This document shows, one piece after another, positions 60,455-64,000 of a stretch of 64,000 bases of DNA (position 1 is the stretch's first letter; every line of letters begins with the position of its first letter). Below the pieces are notes generated by a model. The model saw only the letters and a list, made by a program, of their open reading frames with translations, made no database searches and had not been told where the DNA came from. Both the position numbers and the translations under genes were made by a program. The stretch lies in IMG/VR virus record IMGVR_UViG_3300020048_000047, positions 1-64,000 of that record. One strand, given 5' to 3'. This DNA is from an uncultured virus (IMG/VR IMGVR_UViG_3300020048_000047). Its lineage: Duplodnaviria; Heunggongvirae; Uroviricota; Caudoviricetes.

Positions 60455-61396
60455 TTAACTACACGTTATTATTACAATTCCATCACCACCATTACCGCCA
60501 GCTCCACCAATTATATTTCCAGCTCCACCACCGCCACCACCGCAACCAAATGAAGCATTACCACCATTAGCACCAGACCCAGTAGCTCCACTTCCACCAC
60601 CAGAACCACCTGTAAAAAACATTGGCAAGCTTTCATTTGAATTAAAAAAGAATTTCCTAGTTGAATAACCATGTTGACCCTCTGAACCACCAAGTGAATT
60701 TGATGTACCGCCAGCAAGTAATGGGGAACAGAAAATTGGAAGTATACTTCCAGAAGTTCCTACATTACCAACACTACTACAACCAGCACCACCAGCACCA
60801 CCAGTTAATGGAACTAAAGCTGGTGTTATACTACCAGCAGCACCACCACTTAATCCACGGGCAGCACCAGCTTGTCCAGCAACAGAAGATACCATAGCAA
60901 ATCTTGCTAACAATATTTGTGTTACTAACATAGCAGTTNNNNNNNNNNTAGCAGTTCCAGCAACATTACAAGTACCAGTTCCAGCAGCAGCATTCCCACT
61001 AACACCAATAATATCAATTGCTGTATAACCAGAATTTGGTTGCACAGCAACATAGGATAACCCACCAACACCACCTTGTGCACCAGTTCCACCAGCAGCG
61101 GCACCGCCAGCACCACCTTTACCTACTTGGATATATAAAACATCTGGCAATGCAAATGCTGGATATGACAAATAAGTTAATGAAGATGAACCACCACCAA
61201 CACCACCATCTTTAGTAGTGGCAGCATTAGCTATTTCACCACCTTGACCACCAGCACCACCACCTATAAGCAATATATTTACATAATTGCAATTAGGTGG
61301 TTTAACCCATGTTTGCCATGCAGCAGCACCAGCTCCTGTAGTGAAAAAAACTTGATTTGCTTGGCTATTATCTAATATGTGAAATGTATCTATCAT
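60455..61396 (-). CDS. Glycine-rich virion protein, paralog 3 (spans N gap 60939-60948)
   Basis: MIDTF..WQTWVKP...GGNGGDGIVIITCS; the frame across the gap is unverified. Confidence 0.65.
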   Translation of the reverse strand: MIDTFHILDNSQANQVFFTTGAGAAAWQTWVKPPNCNYVNILLIGGGAGGQGGEIANAATTKDGGVGGGSSSLTYLSYPAFALPDVLYIQVGKGGAGGAAAGGTGAQGGVGGLSYVAVQPNSGYTAIDIIGVSGNAAAGTGTCNVAGTAXXXXTAMLVTQILLARFAMVSSVAGQAGAARGLSGGAAGSITPALVPLTGGAGGAGCSSVGNVGTSGSILPIFCSPLLAGGTSNSLGGSEGQHGYSTRKFFFNSNESLPMFFTGGSGGGSGATGSGANGGNASFGCGGGGGGAGNIIGGAGGNGGDGIVIITCS

Positions 61397-61398
61397 AA

Positions 61399-61806
61399 TT
61401 ATTTTTCTATTATTGTTGCACCATATGCTTCTAATAAAGCACGATGCTCTGGTAATATTGTATTAACGTATATATAAGTTTGTCCATTTTCAATAAATGA
61501 ATTTATTCCGTTTGTTTTGATATAAACCCCTAGTTCTGGATAACTTTGTAACATTAAAAGATTATTATTGTTACTAATTTTAATTCTTATTGAACAAGTT
61601 AAATCATGCCATAATGAACCGACAATAATATCTTCTAAAGTTAATATTGTATCGTCTATAATATTACAACAATATACCATATTAGTTAAATCAATATCAG
61701 TTCCATCCAAATATATATAACCGATTACATTTGTCAATGCATCATCAATTATTTGATATCCTTGAGTATTAATTTCACCCGTGAATTGAACCTTGATATA
61801 TTTCAT
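61399..61806 (-). CDS. Hypothetical protein (fibre module)
   Basis: 135 aa, coupled to its neighbours. Confidence 0.6.
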   Translation of the reverse strand: MKYIKVQFTGEINTQGYQIIDDALTNVIGYIYLDGTDIDLTNMVYCCNIIDDTILTLEDIIVGSLWHDLTCSIRIKISNNNNLLMLQSYPELGVYIKTNGINSFIENGQTYIYVNTILPEHRALLEAYGATIIEK

Positions 61807-62225
61807 TAATATTTACCCCCAACTGTTACTATATCATAACCAGCGGCCACTGTTGTACCTAAGGTTACATAAAATTTATAAGAAGGTGGTAAAGCAAAAT
61901 TAATCGGAACTTCATAAATACTCAATGCCGATGTTTGCGATACTGTTGATGCCGCTAAAGATACTTCATCCCACAATACGTTATTTGCTGCTGTAGCTGT
62001 TGTTAAACCATTATTTAACCATATTCTAGCTACAGTAGCTATGTTGGTTCCTAAGGGTCTAAAACGCATCTTTTGAACATAACCACCATTGGTTGTGTCT
62101 GCTGAAAAACATTGATATATTGTACCAGATGTTAAATCTATTGTTGTGTTAGCTGTTGTTGCTGATGTTATCCATTGAACATCTGCTACTCTTGAATAAA
62201 TTGGTGCTGTATTAGGTACTGCCAT
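61806..62225 (-). CDS. Putative virion beta-sandwich protein
   Basis: 139 aa, Thr/Ala-rich, beta-strand pattern. Confidence 0.55.
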   Translation of the reverse strand: MAVPNTAPIYSRVADVQWITSATTANTTIDLTSGTIYQCFSADTTNGGYVQKMRFRPLGTNIATVARIWLNNGLTTATAANNVLWDEVSLAASTVSQTSALSIYEVPINFALPPSYKFYVTLGTTVAAGYDIVTVGGKY

Positions 62226-62260
62226 TTGATTTTATTTTATTTAGTTTATTATTATTATTA

Positions 62261-62662
62261 TTATATTAAAAAATTACCACTCGCAATTGCTGATACTAGA
62301 CCATAATTAAACGTTGAAGTGCTTGTTATTGCTGATGAAGCAATGTATTCTATATTACCAGTTGAAGTATTTCTACTAAGTATTTCGGTGTTAGTATCAT
62401 TATTGGTTGGTGTTGTACTAATATTTAATGTGTTAGCACTTAAACCACCTGTAAATACGGTAGCACCACTGACAGTTCCACCAGTAAAAGAACCACCTGT
62501 AGATATTGCACCCCAAGTTACACCACCTTGATTTGAATAATTGGTCCCAGTATCAGCATCAATATAAATACTACCCAATGGTGCTGTATGGTCTGGGGTT
62601 CCATTACCACTTTGTATTTCTACAAAACCAACCGTTATATGTTTTAAAAATGTTGTTGCCAT
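62261..62662 (-). CDS. Putative tail fibre-associated structural protein
   Basis: GNGTPDHTAPLGSIYID..W motif and FTGGTVSGATVFTGGLSANT. Confidence 0.55.
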   Translation of the reverse strand: MATTFLKHITVGFVEIQSGNGTPDHTAPLGSIYIDADTGTNYSNQGGVTWGAISTGGSFTGGTVSGATVFTGGLSANTLNISTTPTNNDTNTEILSRNTSTGNIEYIASSAITSTSTFNYGLVSAIASGNFLI

Positions 62663-62672
62663 ATATTAATTA

Positions 62673-63884
62673 TTAAAATGTTTTAAGATTTATTGCACCA
62701 TTTACAGTAACACCAGCTGTTATTGGTGTTACGCATAATACCAATTCATCCATAGTATTGTTTAACGTACCACCTAAATAAGAAAGAAAGTCAGCATCAA
62801 ATAAACCTGTCGGCATAACACCATTAACATTTATTATACCATTAGCTAAAACACGACCTGGGCTTGTAACTGTTATTGATATTGCAGCTGTGGCTGAGCC
62901 ATTAGCTTCTTGGATACCGTCAGATACTACGTCAGCATAAGTTAATGGTGCTGAAAGTGTTGGGTTTAAATTAAGACTCCAATATGCATAATCTGTATTT
63001 GATAATACCATTATTTGAGCACCAGTGACCTTAACAGAATTATCTCTATTAGCTACTTTTTTCCTAACACCTTTTAAAGGGTATGTTGTACCAATAGTTG
63101 CACAAGTGTTTGAAGGCACCGCAGCAGTATTTAATGATTTAACCCCTATATTATATCCAGACTCTCCAACACTGCCTTCAGTTGATACTTGACAACATAT
63201 ATAGTTAAATGAACCTGTACCACCCGTACTTCTTATTTCATAACGAATAGGTTGATTTGGGCTATGAATAAATGTGTCCATAGCCGAACCAGCGTAATTA
63301 ACTGTATGAACCAAAACAAAACCATCATTTGTTTTAAGAAACATTCTTAAAACAGCACCACCGAGCCATAAAAAGTCAAATGCTATTACTGTAAAGTTAT
63401 TCCATGAATAACCAGATACCATTGCGTAATTATCCCAAGATGTCCAAGGCACATTTACTGTAACAACACCAGTGTGTTCTGCTTTCAATCTATATGTTGT
63501 TCCATCATTTTCTAGATAGATACCGTCAGTTGCTGCCGAATATGGAGCAACCGCACTTGAACTAAAATAACCAACTTTTTTTGTAACACCAGATTGTAAT
63601 CCAAAACCATTAAACGTACATTCAATAATTTGTGATTTACCGCTTGAATACGGATTAAATCTCTTTCCTTGTCTAACAACATATTGACCAGTAGTTGCTG
63701 TCATACCAAATTTATTATCAGTATATGCACTAGTGCCAGTTCCTTGTGTATCAAACATGTAATTGTTATCAGCATTAAGAATTTTACCATCAAACAAAGT
63801 TGTCATTTGACTAACTCTTTGTCTACCACCAGCATCCATTGATATTGAACTAGGGTTTATATTTACGTTTTTAAATCCACTCAT
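62673..63884 (-). CDS. Putative virion structural protein
   Basis: 403 aa, beta-rich (DAGGRQRVS, FDFLWLGGA, PNQPIRYEI); upstream ATATTTAT. Confidence 0.55.
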   Translation of the reverse strand: MSGFKNVNINPSSISMDAGGRQRVSQMTTLFDGKILNADNNYMFDTQGTGTSAYTDNKFGMTATTGQYVVRQGKRFNPYSSGKSQIIECTFNGFGLQSGVTKKVGYFSSSAVAPYSAATDGIYLENDGTTYRLKAEHTGVVTVNVPWTSWDNYAMVSGYSWNNFTVIAFDFLWLGGAVLRMFLKTNDGFVLVHTVNYAGSAMDTFIHSPNQPIRYEIRSTGGTGSFNYICCQVSTEGSVGESGYNIGVKSLNTAAVPSNTCATIGTTYPLKGVRKKVANRDNSVKVTGAQIMVLSNTDYAYWSLNLNPTLSAPLTYADVVSDGIQEANGSATAAISITVTSPGRVLANGIINVNGVMPTGLFDADFLSYLGGTLNNTMDELVLCVTPITAGVTVNGAINLKTF

Positions 63885-63905
63885 ATTCTTATTTTATTAT
63901 AAATA

Positions 63906-63998
63906 TTATATTATTCTCCATTTTGTATTATTACTTACAACATCTAACCATTCTTCTGGTTGTAGCGTAAATGTTATTGGGTTTCCGCTAGGTTTATT
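63906..63998 (-). CDS. C-terminal fragment of a gene entering from beyond the window
   Basis: Manual translation NKPSGNPITFTLQPEEWLDVVSNNTKWRII*. Confidence 0.5.
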   Translation of the reverse strand, partial: NKPSGNPITFTLQPEEWLDVVSNNTKWRII

Positions 63999-64000
63999 CC

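Noticed and set aside
60931..60956. TAGCAGTT direct repeat flanking the N run
   Set aside because: Most likely a contig-overlap or scaffolding artefact rather than a biological target-site duplication.
56634..61396. Diversity-generating retroelement or CRISPR array in the repeated region
   Set aside because: There is no reverse transcriptase, no adenine-specific TR/VR pair and no regularly spaced repeat-spacer units. The repeats are Gly codons and paralog ends.
315..62531. Many short plus-strand ORFs and nested minus-strand ORFs in the track (e.g. 315-542, 34166-34483, 46169-46471, 58432-58830, 52393-52617)
   Set aside because: They are antisense or out-of-frame shadows of long, motif-bearing genes, with no independent signals. 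Only 55223-55375 is retained on the plus strand.
1..64000. Stop-codon reassignment (TAG/TGA recoding as in some large phages)
   Set aside because: Standard-code ORFs tile the window densely, and TAG ends well-conserved genes such as the tail tube at the expected length.
1..64000. tRNA or rRNA genes
   Set aside because: Intergenic spaces are short and AT-rich, and no cloverleaf or T-loop pattern was recognised. A tRNAscan-SE run would confirm.

Overview
This AT-rich window is a segment of a large T4-like myophage genome, with almost all genes on the minus strand. The host is probably a member of Bacteroidota, based on TAnnTTTG host-type promoters, A-rich translation starts without Shine-Dalgarno sites and SprB-like repeats. 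It encodes a contractile tail module (sheath, tube, gp26/gp51-like chaperone pair, tape measure protein, hub proteins with OmpA-like, M15 peptidase and lysozyme domains, baseplate gp25/gp6/gp7-like proteins, large Cys-rich baseplate/fibre proteins, three Gly-rich paralogs). It also encodes a replication/recombination block (gp32 SSB, RecA/UvsX, 5'-3' exonuclease, DnaB/gp41 helicase, class II RNR, partial RuvC). Five observations stand out. (1) An intron-less homing endonuclease cassette sits inside the redox-active C-terminal tail of nrdJ and supplies a recoded replacement 3' end; a GIY-YIG gene may have done the same to a Gly-rich gene. (2) That cassette has a promoter-in-loop hairpin that sequesters its start codon. 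(3) There is a probable +1/-2 frameshift at a U7 run joining the gp26-like and gp51-like ORFs. (4) A strand-specific ATATTTAT upstream motif is the reverse complement of the T4 late promoter. (5) A pervasive [S/T]-G-x-[T/S] motif appears in virion proteins. All family assignments come from recognising motifs by eye; no database search was run.
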